64,000 nt of DNA from Lampris incognitus (GCF_029633865.1 NC_079220.1:16786216-16850215), one strand, 5' to 3'. Positions 24,050 through 37,119 are shown, counted from the stretch's first letter. The notes: generated from the sequence alone by a model not told the origin. Program-made: numbers and translations.

Positions 24050-25246
24050 CACTACCGTTCAAAAGTTTGGGATCACCCAAACAATTTTGTGTTTTCCATG
24101 AAAAGTCACACTTATTCACCACCATATGTTGTGAAATGAATAGAAAATAGAGTCAAGACATTGACAAGGTTAGAAATAATGATTTGTATTTGAAATAAGA
24201 TTTTTTTTACATCAAACTTTGCTTTCGTCAAAGAATCCTCCATTTGCAGCAATTACAGCATTGCAGACCTTTGGCATTCTAGCTGTTAATTTGTTGAGGT
24301 AATCTGGAGAAATTGCACCCCACGCTTCCAGAAGCAGCTCCCACAAGTTGGATTGGTTGGATGGGCACTTCTTTGAGCAGATTGAGTTTCTGGAGCATCA
24401 CATTTGTGGGGTCAATTAAACGCTCAAAATGGCCAGAAAAAGAGAACTTTCATCTGAAACTCGACAGTCTATTCTTGTTCTTAGAAATGAAGGCTATTCC
24501 ATGCGAGAAATTGCTAAGAAATTGAAGATTTCCTACACCGGTGTGTACTACTCCCTTCAGAGGACAGCACAAACAGGCTCTAACCAGAGTAGAAAAAGAA
24601 GTGGGAGGCCGCGTTGCACAACTGAGCAAGAAGATAAGTACATTAGAGTCTCTAGTTTGAGAAACAGACGCCTCACAGGTCCCCAACTGGCATCTTCATT
24701 AAATAGTACCTGTTAGAGCCTGTTTGTGCTGTCCTCTGAAGGGAGTAGTACACACCGGTGTAGGAAATCTTCAATTTCTTAGCAATTTCTCGCATGGAAT
24801 AGCCTTCATTTCTAAGAACAAGAATAGACTGTCGAGTTTCAGATGAAAGTTCTCTTTTTCTGGCCATTTTGAGCGTTTAATTGACCCCACAAATGTGATG
24901 CTCCAGAAACTCAATCTGCTCAAAGAAGTGCCCATCCAACCAATCCAACTTGTGGGAGCTGCTTCTGGAAGCGTGGGGTGCAATTTCTCCAGATTACCTC
25001 AACAAATTAACAGCTAGAATGCCAAAGGTCTGCAATGCTGTAATTGCTGCAAATGGAGGATTCTTTGACGAAAGCAAAGTTTGATGTAAAAAAAATCTTA
25101 TTTCAAATACAAATCATTATTTCTAACCTTGTCAATGTCTTGACTCTATTTTCTATTCATTTCACAACATATGGTGGTGAATAAGTGTGACTTTTCATGG
25201 AAAACACGAAATTGTTTGGGTGAACCCAAACTTTTGAACGGTAGTG
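24050..25246. mobile_element. Palindromic Tc1-derived non-autonomous element, copy A (TA|CACTACCG...CGGTAGTG|TA)
   Basis: About 540-bp inverted arms; each carries the Tc1 TIR (cactaccgttcaaaagtttgggatcaccc) and the transposase N-terminal HTH coding part (MARKRELSSETRQSILVLRNEGYSMREIAKKLKISYTGVYYSLQRTAQTGSN). ORFs 24313..24525(+) and 24771..24983(-) are identical. About 120 nt of unique loop at the centre. TA duplicated at both flanks. Confidence 0.8.
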
Positions 25247-25727
25247 TATCTGGAACAAACTCCCAGAAAACTGCAAGTCTGCTGTAACTCAGTTTTTTAA
25301 AAATCAAGACTGAAGACTTTTCTCTTTACCGCTTCCTTTTATTAAATAAAAGTTGAAGCTTTTGATTCTCATCTTACACTTCACTGTAACTTTTACTCTT
25401 TTTATTTGTTTTAAATATCTTTTTACTGCCTTATGTTGCTTCTCTTAATGCCTTTTATGTTTTATGTAAAGCACTTTGAATTGCCTTGATGCTGAAATGT
25501 GCTATATAAATAAATTTGCCTTGCCTTGTTTATATCAAATGCTCAATTATAGGCTCAATTATTTATACAACACACACACACTCACACACATTTGTGAATT
25601 CTCTCTCTTTGTCCATCTCTCTCTTGTCTGACTGATGTGTTCACACATTGTAATAAAGATTGTACAATAGAATATATCACCATGCAACCTTTCACTGAAA
25701 ATAACTCTCTGTCTCTCTCTCTCTCAG

Positions 25728-25964
25728 AAAGCTCTACACGTGCGTGCTCTGCTACCCTTCAGGGATGCGGGTGGGCGTGATCGGCGTACAGGGGAGGAGT
25801 GGCTCGTCACTATAGCTGACAGGGAGGCGCACATCCCCTCGGTGGCAGAGGAGGTGGTGGGCGTGGTGAATGTAACCACGCTAAGCAGCCGGCAATACTG
25901 CGTGATCCTGGACCCCGTGGGGCCTGACGGGAAACCCCAGCTGGGTCAGAAGAGGGTGGTTAAG
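25728..25964 (+). CDS. mvp: major vault protein, coding exon 6
   Basis: ctctctcag|[85 protein letters not shown]. Donor AAG|gtatgg. Confidence 0.9.
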
Positions 25965-27596
25965 GTATGGGCTAACTCTCACTCTGGTTTTTCACAGACA
26001 TTCACTGAACTATTTTTTTCTCTCACTTCCTTTGTGGTGAAAAGTGCAGTCTCAACCTGTTCTTCTTGTTAAAGAAAAAGTAGGTCATTCATGTCCTTAA
26101 AACCAAAGCTGCAGTGGCTGCTACCATCAGTAAGCAGCACTCAGGGCTGTATTTTAACAATGTAAGCACACAGTCTAAAGCGCATGGTGCAAGTACATTT
26201 AGAGCATATCCAAATCCACTTTTGCTAGTTTAATGGCGGATAATCTGAGCGCAAAGTAAGGCGCATGGTTCAAAGGGGTTGTATTTAGTCTCCAAAGTTT
26301 AATCATAGGTGTGTTATTGTGTGTGACAATAGATGTTGGGAGGAAGGAATTACAAATAACCATCATACTTTGCTACTGCCTGGGCTAAAAAAAATTACAC
26401 ACCATGGGTGTGTAAGAACAAATTTGCCCATAGTAATGATTGATACATGAGGCCCCAGGTTTTTGTTGGTCCATTGTGCAATCACTTTCCGCTGCCTAGA
26501 GATAGCAATGCCCCAACAATGCACCTGACCACACCTCATTGTAAGATCAACATGCCCTTGAGGGCTCAGATGGGCGCAAGTACATTTGCTATTTAAACAA
26601 CATGGTTGCTGGACAGGAAAATGACAGCTGCGTCAGTCTGAAACTAGCAAAGACGCTTGTGTTGCGTTTGGTGCCGCTTTGCACCAGGTGTAAGATAGAG
26701 CCCTCAGCTACAGCTCTCATATGCTTAAGAGAAACTCACACCACACAGCTGTTGCACATTGACAGTTTGTTTGGTAATGGCTGCCATCAAATTTTATTCC
26801 ATTTCTACTTCTGCATGTAAATGTTGTGATACATGGTACAAAGCCACACCTTGTGGTCAGTGTGTGTGATACTCTAAAATGTTGAACTGAAACCTTTGGG
26901 AAGGTGAACTTAGCTAGACACTGTTTTTACCAAAGCATTTGTTTACATTTTGCATTTTCCATATAGACAATCCAATATGTACCTTTTAATTAAAGAGCGT
27001 GCTGACCACTTCTATTTTTCAAAAAGCTGAATATTGTGAACATATTCTAACTGGGGTTGTTCACAGGAAATGCTCATGTATTGCTAACCAGATTATGTAA
27101 CAAAGTACACTCACAATAAATACGTTGATTTATATCAGGCTGTGTAACACATAGTATATAAGTTGATATGCTAACCTTTCCAAATTTAGTGCTAAGGAAT
27201 TTTCCTAATTGCAAAAAAATATATTAAGCATGTTCAAAAAGGACTCTTCAAATATAGTAACTACATTTCTACAACAACCCTCTCTTAGCTTTATTTTAAT
27301 GCATTAATCAGTTTCGCATAAAATTGGACATCTCCATTCCCATACAATAAAACCCTAAAAAAGAACCGCTTTTAAGACAACTTTAAATGAAAAGGGACTT
27401 TTTGTTAGCTTATTAGCATATTTCCCCTTTCATATGATGCACCCATTTAACAGCTTATGCCAAAAAAAAATCACATTAACTCAGTTTTTACTTAATTTAC
27501 ATCAATGATACATAACGTGTAAACATGCTGTTTTTCAGATCTAGTTAATTGACTTTGTATTGAACTTTTTTATTTCTCTCTCTCTCTCTCTATCAG

Positions 27597-27722
27597 GGTG
27601 AGCGCTCATTCTTCCTGCAGCCGGGGGAGTCATTGGAGCAGGGCATCCAGGATGTGTACGTGCTGTCAGAGGAGGAGGGCTTGGTGCTGAGGGCTGTGGA
27701 GGCCTTCAACGACACAGAGCTG
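27597..27722 (+). CDS. mvp: major vault protein, coding exon 7
   Basis: ctctatcag|[48 protein letters not shown]. Donor CTG|gtgaga. Confidence 0.9.
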
Positions 27723-28001
27723 GTGAGAAGAAATGAACTTGCCATTTTATGCCAGAACACTACACCCACGTCAGTGTATTGTATTAATTTAATCTACATG
27801 TTTGTTGAACTCTGGGTGTCATAGCATGTGTATGCATCATTCTGTGATGTATGAGGAGAGGGGTGTGTCGGGATAAGAAATGGTTGTTGGGGCAAGTGAA
27901 AATGGCCCTTAGAAAATAATGTGTACTTTGCACTGGTTTGGACAGATAGTCTGGTGTAACCGGTTGGTGACAGGAGAAGAATTCTCCTGAAGAATTCATA
28001 T

Positions 28002-28004
<3 letters not shown>

Positions 28005-28052
<48 letters not shown>

Positions 28053-28062
28053 GCACTACATC
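28005..28062. repeat. (AC)n microsatellite
   Basis: About 28 AC repeats. Confidence 0.9.
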
Positions 28063-28329
28063 CAGTCTTGAGGACCTTCCACTGTGGTTCTGACCCTGAA
28101 ATATATCTATCCTCATCATTTCTAACCTTAACCTATCACAATCTCAACCTAACTCACATTATAATTAAGAAAAAAAAAACATAAACAAAATGTCCTCATC
28201 TCTTCTCGTCACATGTCCACCTCTGTCTGATCCCAGTCTCGGGGACAACAGCCAATATTTCGGGGCTTCTGGTGTAGCTGCTGGCTGCCCACTTCTGTTT
28301 CCTATGAGGACTTCCTCTTCCGTGTGCCC

Positions 28330-28765
28330 ATCATTGTTTACAGTCGGATTAGCATTTGGATTCCCCCCCCACCCCCCTTTTTCTCCCCAGTTGTACTTGG
28401 CCAATTACCCTGTTTTCCGAGCCATCCTGGTCACTGCTCCACCCCCTCTGCCAATCCGGGGAGGGCCCTAGACTACCACATGCCTCCTCCGATACGTGTG
28501 GAGTCACCAGCTGCTTCTTTTCACCTGACAGTGAGGAGTTTCGCCAAGGGGACATAGTGCATGGGAGTATCACGCTATTCCCCCCAGTTCCCCCTTCTCC
28601 TCGAACAGGCGCCCCGACTGACCAGAGGGGGCGCTAGTGCAGCAAACAGGACACATACCCACATCCGGCTTCCCACCCACAGACACGGCCAATTTTGTCT
28701 GTAGGAACACCTGGCCAAGCCGAAGATAACACGGGGATTCGAACCAGCGATCCCTGTGTCTCTCC
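28330..28765 (-). repeat. SINE family A copy (mvp intron 7)
   Basis: Reverse-oriented body and head (…acacggggattcgaaccagcgatccctgtg). Confidence 0.75.
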
Positions 28766-29006
28766 TTTGGTCTACTCATTCCTCCATGGTCCAATTTCTC
28801 TTAAAATCCCCCATCCCTCCATCCATCTCCCCATTCTTCCATTTCTCCTTCATTCTCCCCATTGTATTTCTCTCCTCCTCAGCTCCTCACTCAAGCCCCC
28901 TTGCCCCCGTACTCTTGACCCCCATCATCCCTCCTCGCTCCAGTGCATCGCCACACTAACCCTTATCTCCTTCCTCCTCATCTCTCTCTCCCGCTCTGTC
29001 TGCCAG

Positions 29007-29228
29007 CAGCAAACCATAGACGAGGAATCAGATGAGGAAGAGCTGGGCCAGGAGAGGGCCAAGCGTTCGCGGAGGAGCGGGATCCTCCGTCGGCCGGGAG
29101 ACCGCTGGATGCTGCGCGGCCCCATAGAGTATGTGCCCCCCACCGCTGTGGAGGTTCTGGTGAAACGCCATGCTATTCCGTTGGATGAGAATGAAGGGAT
29201 CTATGTCAGGGACATCAAGACGGGGAAG
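29007..29228 (+). CDS. mvp: major vault protein, coding exon 8 (tandem CAGCAG acceptor; alternative start at 29010)
   Basis: ctgccag|[80 protein letters not shown]. Donor AAG|gtgagc. Confidence 0.85.
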
Positions 29229-29365
29229 GTGAGCGTCTGGGCCTGGGTTGCTGTTTGTTTGTTTCTTTCTTTCTTTCTTTCTTTCTTTATTCATTCACTC
29301 ATTTGTGAGTATCTTATTTTCAGGTTTTTGATTTCACTAGACAGTACACACATGTGCGTGCATCT

Positions 29366-29399
<34 letters not shown>

Positions 29400-29404
29400 A
29401 TTCA

Positions 29405-30630
29405 CTCCCTCATATGTACAATGATGAGCCAAAACATTATGACTGCTTGCAGGTAAACCAAATAACGTTAATCATCTCCAAACAAGAGCACATGTCAAGG
29501 TCTGGGTTGATTAGATGGTAAGCAAACAATCAGTTCTTGTAGTCAATGTGCTGGATGCAGGAGAAATGGGGAGGAATAAAGACCTGAGCGACTTTGATGA
29601 GGGCCAAATTGTTATGGCCAGATGACTGGGTCAGAGCTTGTTTGAAACAACAAGGCTTGTGGGGTGCTCCCAGTCAGCAGTGGTGAGTACCTACCAGTAG
29701 TGGTCCGAGGAGGGACAAACCACACACAGGTGACAGGGTGTTTGGTGCCCAAGGCTCATCGATGTCCAAGGGTAATGACGGCTATCCCATCTGGTCCGAA
29801 CCAACAGAAGGTCTACTGTGGCACAGAAAATTTAAGTGATGGTTACGGTTGGAGTGTGTCATAACACACAGTGCATCACAGCCTGCTGCATATGGGGCTG
29901 CGTAGCTGCAGACTGGTCAGAGGGTCCATGATGACCTCTGTCCACCGTCGAAAGTGCCTACAATGTGCAAACAAGCATCAGAACTGGACCTTGGAGCAGT
30001 GAAAGAAGGTCACCTGGTTTGATGAGTCCCGTTTTCTTTTAGATCATGTGGATGGCTGTGTACATGTGCGCCATTTACCTGGGGATGTGATTGCACCAGG
30101 ATGTACTGTGGGAAGACGACAAGCTAGTGGCGGGAGTGTGATGCTCTGGACAATGTTCTGCTGGGAAACCCTGGGAAACCATGTGGACATCAATTTGACA
30201 TGTGCCACCTACCCAAACAATGTTGCAGAACAGGTATACCCCTTCATTGCCATGGTATTCCCTGATGGCAGTGGCCTCTTTCAGCAGGATAATGCACCCT
30301 GCCACACTACACACATTGTTCGGGAATGGTTTGAGGAACATGACGAAGTGTTCAAGGTGTTGTCCCGGCCTCCAAATTCTCCAGATCTCCATCCGAGCAT
30401 CTGTGGGATGTGCTGTACCTATAAGTGCGATCCATAGCGGCTCCACCTTGCAACTTACAGGAATTGAAGGATCTGCTGTTAATGTTTTGGTGCCAGATAC
30501 CACAGGACACCTTCAGGGATCTTATAGAGTCCATGCCTCAGCGGGTCAGCGCTGTTTTGGTGGCACATGGATGACCAACAGCGTACCAGGCAGGTGGTCA
30601 TAATGTTTTGGCTCATTAGTGTGCATACTT
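29405..30630 (+). mobile_element. Tc1-like transposon with transposase pseudogene (mvp intron 8)
   Basis: Terminal inverted sequences atgagccaaaacattatgac (about 29414) and ggtcataatgttttggctcat (about 30596). DDE-domain ORF 30048..30437 (WTMFCWETLG...FQQDNAPCHT...PPNSPDLHP) with upstream in-frame stops and frameshifts. Confidence 0.75.
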
Positions 30631-31504
30631 ATCTTCCGCTTCTGGTGTGGGACGGTGGCGGCGTGAACTTACATTTGCGGCAGCCTCACCCACTACTGTC
30701 CATGCAGTGTCTTTGTCCATGTCTAAGTTTGTGTCTTTGTTGGATGGCTGGGAGGGCTTGGTCTGCTGCATCCTGTGAGCGCAGGGACCACGGTTCTGCT
30801 TGGATCTGTGGTCTGACATGACATGAAAGCAGGGCAGGCTAAACTAACTGCTAGCCCATGCAGACCGGCGGTTCCAATAATACCGAGGGCGGTCTGGCGG
30901 CAGCCTTGCCTAGTGTTGACTGTGTTTTTGGTGAAATCGTGTGGAGTGTGGGGAGGTGTGTGGAAGGTGTCTGGCTGGGAGAGCTGGCGCTGGATCGGCT
31001 GGGGGAGCCTGGTCTGCTGTGTCCGGTGGGCGCAGGGACCATGGCCCTGCCTGGAGCTGTGCCCCAGGAGGAAACACCGAGGAAGGTCTGACAGGATGTG
31101 GAAGCAGAGCAGGCTAAGCTAACCGCTAGCCCATGCAAACTGCCAGTTCCGACAGTCATTCTGGCATTCACTCTCTTGGACAGTGAATTTTTTTTTTTGA
31201 TATGTTGGATATGTGTTTTTGTAGTTTTTTTGTAGTTTGGATCTATGTCTCCTTGTAGTCTGAATATGTGTTGAATATGTGTAGCTGCCAAACAATTACT
31301 ATTGCTTGTCAGGGTATTTAATAGCTAAGCACGTTGTTCAGAGCTGTAACGAATCAGTATATTTATTCATCTTTTATCCATCTTGGGGAGCATTTGGGGC
31401 AAAAAGCCGAAGGGAGGATTGGTGAGTCACACTACTGTGTAGTCATGAGCTCTGACCTCTCTGAAAACCACGTGTCATGGAAATTGTTTTTTGTTATAAA
31501 GAGA

Positions 31505-31640
31505 AATGAGGGAAGTATTTCTTTCTTTCTTTCTTTCTTTCTTTCTTTATCACTTTCTTTCTCTCTTTTTTTCTCACTTTCTTTTGTTCTTTCTTTGTCT
31601 TTTTCTTTCTTTCCATCTTTCTTCATTCTTTCTTATCACT

Positions 31641-31674
<34 letters not shown>

Positions 31675-31745
31675 TTTTCTTTTCTTTCCTTTCTTCTTTT
31701 GCATTCTTTCTTGCTTTCCGTCTTTCTTTCTTTTTATCGCTTTCT
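31505..31745. repeat. (TTTC)n/(CTTT)n compound microsatellite
   Basis: Long tetranucleotide run; it generates the low-complexity ORFs 31334..31859 and 31432..31777. Confidence 0.9.
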
Positions 31746-31789
31746 TTCTCTTTCTGTCTTTCTTTGGGACATGACACCAGTAACCCCTG

Positions 31790-32330
31790 GCTCCATCCAG
31801 GGGGTCAGTGTGGACACTGTGGAATACTACAAGTACCTGGGGGTGTATATAGACAATAAACTGGACTGAACTAAGAACACTGGTGCCCTCTACAAGAAGG
31901 GCCAGAGCCGTTTATACTTTTTGAGGAGGCTGAGGTCCTTCAAAATCTGTCAGACAATGCTCAGGATGTGGTATGAGTCTGTGGTGGCCAGTGCTCTCCT
32001 GTTTGCTGTTGTGTGTTAGGGCAATAGATTTAGGGTAGCGGATGCAAACAGGCTCAATAAACTGATCCGCAAGGCCGGTGATGTTGTGGAAGTGGATTCT
32101 CTAAGAGGAGGATGTTGTTGAAATTATGTGCCATCATAGACAGTGTCTCCCACCCACTTCATGGCATGCTGGTTGGGCACAGGAGTACTTTTAGTAATAG
32201 ACTCATTCTGCCGAAATGCACTACAGAGCACCACAGGAGGTCATTCCTGCCTGTGGCCATCAAACTTTACAACTCCTCCCTCAGAGTCAGACACTTGGCG
32301 TTAATGGTCATTGGACTGGCCCTTTGACTT
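31790..32330 (+). mobile_element. LINE (fish L2-type) 3'-terminal fragment
   Basis: Same family as 42760-43370 (minus strand). Conserved tail ...RLILPKCTTEHHRRSFLPVAIKLYNSSL resembles ...RLKNSFFPQAVAHLN. Confidence 0.5.
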
Positions 32331-33561
32331 GTTTTACCCCGTTGGGTTTTGTTTGTGCTGTTTGATTTGTGCTGCGGTAGTGCAGTATAGATAGGGTGTT
32401 ACAGAGGTGCCAACATTGAAAAGTTGAAAACCAGAACAGCAAGGGTGAAAAACCAGAATTTGCCCATAACAACCAGAACATGGTCATCGGTGGTGAAGTG
32501 AACTCGAAAAAAGTACCCCAGACCATTCTAAATGAATTGTTGTTTTTTTATTGTTATCGTTATTCATTTCACATGTGTATCTGAAAGGGTCAAACAACAG
32601 TCGGTGAATTAGCCTAAAGCTACTACATCAAGTACTGTACGTTAAATTACTGTATATTTGCGCCACTATAAGACTTTGAAAAGCACAAGACTGTTCCTTT
32701 AAATTGGATGCCATTAGACAATTTTTCAAGGTAAGAGAAAAGCTAACTTTTTTTTCTTTTTTTTTTTTGGGTGGGTTAACCATTACTTTAACATAGGGAA
32801 TTCCCCATAGACTATTAGACCAGTATTTACACAGATCAGCTACAACATTAAAAACCACCTGCTTAAACCATTTTTTTCATGATTAAAAATGCTTTAAACT
32901 GTATAAACGTGTCTATAAACACTTAATATTTTGTTATATGATATGTGTACTTATACAAGCAGATAATCATAAGTGAATTGCATTGTAAAGTTAATTTTTT
33001 AGATGAAAATGGAAATCTTGTAAGCTCATTGGGAAGTGGTGGGGGGTGCATTGTTTTGTTATTTAAATATCTTGGTACGTACTGGTGTTCATGATAATGT
33101 CTATCTTAACAGGTGCCCCAGGACCTGTAGAATTTTTCATATTTAAAAAAAAAATAAAGGCCACTTGCCGTATTTAAAAATGCATGGCATCTAATCCTAC
33201 ATCAGTTTCACCCTTCTTCCCTCCATTGGAATTACATGGTACTGCATGTGGTGAAACGTATGTAGGAATAGACCCCATGCATTTTGAAATATCCCCATTA
33301 TGTTGTGAAAAAGACATGACAGGCGAAGCTCTACTCGGCGCGTACTCCATTTAATCAACAACACAACTAACTACCTTCACTCACGTGACTCAGGTAAAAA
33401 TGTTTAACGGGATTGTTGACTGGATCTCTTCACATGCAGGTAATGCAAGAAGTTGAGTCACAACCCTACCTGCTTCTTCATTAAAATAGCGTACAACAAC
33501 TGGATATAGTTGTGTGTCTTTATCATTGCTGCCGTCAGTCGCAAGTGAGAAAAATTTGACT

Positions 33562-34035
33562 TTAACACAGCGGCCAGGTAGACGTAGCTGCCAAGGTTTC
33601 TGTAATAGCAGTTATCTTGGTTCTTGCACGCGCATACTTTGAGGTGATTTTGCTGTCCGGAAACGCAGCTTTAACGAGGTGGCCTATGTGATCTGAAACG
33701 GCAATAGGTAAACTGTGCTCCATTATAAAATTGGTAAATAACCTATCTGCGTTGATAATTCCACACTCACTTCGATCAGTGACAAATCCGTCAATTGATT
33801 TGTTATCTCTGACGACCTTCGCATATCTGCCATGTTTGATGGTTTTATTGTGCTCTTTTAAATCGTTCAACCCAACACGTTTGGGAATGTCGCATCTGCA
33901 GTACTCACAATATGCATAAAAATCAGAGTTTACTTGGCTTGATAAACAAAAATAGTTTAGAATACTCATCTCTAAACTTTTGGTGGCAGGTCCTAACTTT
34001 CTTTGGGGTAGACGCCGTCGCCATTGGCACTGCAT
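33562..34035 (-). mobile_element. hAT-like transposase N-terminal fragment (BED-like zinc finger plus DUF4371-like region)
   Basis: 157-aa ORF with CEYCRCDI...H..H and FTNFIMEHSLPIAVSDHIGHLVKAAFPDSKITSKYARARTKITAI, matching the conserved hAT-Charlie/Buster N-terminal region pattern. Confidence 0.4.
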
Positions 34036-34551
34036 TTAATTTTCTCGCTAAACTCGCGCAGTTTCTTCTTGCTACAGAGAAAAAGAGCGGTTAGCAGCTA
34101 TTGAACTCTCGTGGTCGTGATTAGTCCCGCCTATTTCGGCTTCTCATTGGATGCCCAAGTTAAACTCTGCCATCGGACTGGTAGCTAACTGGTGGTCGTG
34201 GCAGAGGGTCAAATCTGTAGCTACTACAGGTAAACCGGAACAGTTGGCACCACTGGTGTTCTGTGCACCATGCTTGTTTATATATTTTGCTCTTATTTCT
34301 ATTTATTTTATCTTTTATTTCTATTTGCTTCTGTTTTTCATGTTTCTATTTGTTTTTATGTTCTTAGGCTACAGGCTAGCAATCCCCATCTGGAATGTGA
34401 ACCCACAGGATCCATGAACACTGCAACACTATTCCCCTCCATTTTTACCCAGATGAAACACGTTCATGGGTGTTGGGCCGGGGATTATCTTGGATTTGCA
34501 TTTGAAATTCACCTGTGTCTCGGTGTCGTCCGTTGTGTCTCCGGCTCACAG

Positions 34552-34787
34552 GTGCGCGCAGTCATTGGCCAGACATACATGCTGACCCAGGATGAGGAGC
34601 TGTGGGACAAGGAGCTGCCCAAGAACGTGGAGGTCCTCCTGACCTGCGGCAATGACCCCCTTGCTGACCGCTCCCACCGGCTGGATGTCAGCGAGGGCAG
34701 GGAGAGAGATAAGACCAGGGTGGTTTCCTACAGAGTCCCCCACAATGCTGCTGTCCAAGTCTACGACTACAGGGAGAAAAAAGCCAG
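34552..34787 (+). CDS. mvp: major vault protein, coding exon 9
   Basis: ggctcacag|[84 protein letters not shown](R). Donor CCAG|gtagga. Confidence 0.9.
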
Positions 34788-35194
34788 GTAGGACGGGGAT
34801 GTATGTTTAGATGAAGGGATGGATATATGAATGAATGGATGGTTGTACCAGGGCTGTCATTAAAGACAGTGTATATGAAGGCACCAATCAAAAACTCTGC
34901 CAATGATAAACATGGACGTTGTGTTGTTGTGGGTAGCTAGTTCAGCTTCAAAATGCTTGTAGACCACACAGAATTTTCTTAATTTATTTTTAGTTGAAAA
35001 TGGTCTTGAACTTTGGACATTATCTGTGATTTGACTCCTGCGTCTTGTTTTTTTTCATCTTTGCTTTCCTCTCAACTCAAATGAATGAATAAAGAGATGA
35101 AATGGATGTTTAAGGCAGTATATTGTAATTGAGGATTTTTGTAATCAAGTTAATCGAGTCACTTTATTACTCATAACAGCCCCACTATGTATAC

Positions 35195-35640
35195 ATGTAC
35201 AGATGGGAGACAAATGAAAGGAAAAACCTGAATGCTGGACCCCTCTGTTATGCTGTGGGGGGGCATTTTCCTGGCATGGTTTGGGTCCACTTGTCCACTT
35301 AGAGGACGGGTCACTGCAAATCAATACAAAGTTATTCTGAGTGATCACCTTTATCCTATGATGAAACATGTCTATCCTGATGGGAGTGGTCTCTTTTAGG
35401 ATGACAATGCCCCCATCCTCAGGGCACGAGGGGTCACTGAATGGTTTGATGAGTATGAAAATGATGCAACTCGTATGCTATGGCCTTCACAGTCACTAGA
35501 TCTCAACCCAGTTGAACTCCTATGGGAGATTTTGGACCGATGTGTTAGATGGAGCTCTCCACCACCATCATCAGAACACCAAATTTCCTTTAATTTGTCA
35601 CCCGTCTGTATGTATCTATGTATGTATGTATGTATGTATG
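35195..35640 (+). mobile_element. Tc1-like transposase C-terminal fragment ending in a (TATG)n microsatellite
   Basis: ...RVTANQYKVILSDHLYPMMKHVYPDGSGLF.DDNAPI...[10 protein letters not shown]; terminates ...ttaatttgtcacccgtctgtatgtatctatgtatgtatg. Same family as 59800-60290. Confidence 0.65.
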
Positions 35641-36190
35641 CATGAAGGGCTGGGGAGGTGCAGCAGTTGGTGGCATCTTCAAAGTAGGAGTCAACAGCAC
35701 AGGCTATCGAAATGTTGGATTTAAACATTTGTTTCACCCCGGCTAAAAATTTTACGCAAACCTTCAAAAATGCCATAGCTGATTGAAAACTTGCAAAAAA
35801 CAGCTTTGATTATTCTTAACAGCCCCCCTATAGCAAGCTTATATGGCTGAATGTCAGCGTAAAAGAAGGTTACAAAGAGCTCAGGTCACATATGGGGCTA
35901 GGTGGCAGTCAGACAGATGGATGAATAGATAGATGGATGTGACGACAGAATATTTTTGAGTTGAGACTATTCAGTGGATACCAGGGGTGGATGGTACCTG
36001 TTGGGACAATGCCATGGAACAGATGGACAGTTGTTTTCTTTTATTCTCATTTTAATTGGATGGTACCTTTTCCAAGGCCGTTACTGAAAGGTGGAATGTA
36101 AATGAAGATGAACTTACAGATGAAAGACGACTGACCTGTTACACTATGGCAGAAACTCTCAGGGTGATTGTTTCTGTGCCCCGGGGACAG

Positions 36191-36388
36191 GGTGGTGTTT
36201 GGACCTGAGCTGGTAATGCTGGGGCCAGATGAGCAGTTCACGGTTCTTTCGCTGTCTGGAGACAAACCCAAGAGGGCCAATGTCATCAAGGCCGTGTGTC
36301 TGCTGTTGGGGCCAGACTTCTGTACTGACATCATCACTATCGAGACGGCCGACCACGCCCGCTTGCAACTGCAGCTGTCCTATAACTG
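36191..36388 (+). CDS. mvp: major vault protein, coding exon 10
   Basis: gggacag|GGTGGT. (R)[65 protein letters not shown](W). Donor CTG|gtaagg. Confidence 0.9.
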
Positions 36389-36607
36389 GTAAGGCAAGGT
36401 TGAATGAACAAGTGTGTGTGCATGCGTGCACATAGGAGGATTGAAAGTTCAAAAGCATATTAACCAGGTTCATTAATTTTATTCATCAGCAAAATTACAC
36501 AGAAACATATCGCTTCCTGCTTGCCAGTCTTTGTTTAGCCTGCGCGTGTCAAAAAATACGACCCCTTCCTTTCATTCTCCCCATCTTTAATCCCTTGCTC
36601 CTCTCAG

Positions 36608-36752
36608 GCACTTCGACATCAAGAATCGGGATGATCCTGCTGAAGCGGCGGCCCTTTTTTCTGTCCCCGACTTTGTGGGAGACGCTTGTAAGGCCATTGC
36701 CTCCCGCATCAGAGGAGCTGTCGCCTCCGTGCAGTTTGACGACTTCCATAAG
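36608..36752 (+). CDS. mvp: major vault protein, coding exon 11
   Basis: ctctcag|GCACTT. (W)[48 protein letters not shown]. Donor AAG|gtttgc. Confidence 0.9.
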
Positions 36753-37119
36753 GTTTGCCCTCCACTGTGTTTTATTGCAGGTTTAATAGCCGTGGGTTGA
36801 TGGGGGAATTTACACACAGGGTTTTTCTTTTGCATCCTTTCAAGCCCCCTGTTTCAATGTGGCTGCATCCCATCAGCTATTTGATGCTACAGAAATCATA
36901 CAAATGATGATTATTATGAGACTGAATCAAATTTGTTCACCTAGCACCTTGAGATACACACACAACCTTAGCTACGGGATTTTTGTTTCACAATTTATTT
37001 CATAGTTCAGCTTCATTGTTTTTCTTTTTATCTAACGAATAAAGCACAAAGTGAGTATCAACATTTTAAAAACAGAAATGGCTAAGGAGGTTTTCATATC
37101 TTTGCTGTTCTCTGACCAG

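Noticed and set aside
24313-24983. Pairs of identical 70-aa and 64/95-aa ORFs on opposite strands (also at 60554-61224)
   Set aside because: They are the two arms of the palindromic Tc1-derived element. They encode only the transposase N-terminal HTH fragment and not independent genes
28695-29456. 253-aa ORF on the + strand
   Set aside because: Chimeric read-through of a SINE copy, intronic sequence, mvp exon 8 (29007-29228) and downstream intron. Only the exon part is real coding sequence
31334-31859. Overlapping ORFs of 117-146 aa (F/L/S-rich or K/E/R-rich)
   Set aside because: Translation of the (TTTC)n/(CTTT)n microsatellite in different frames; low complexity
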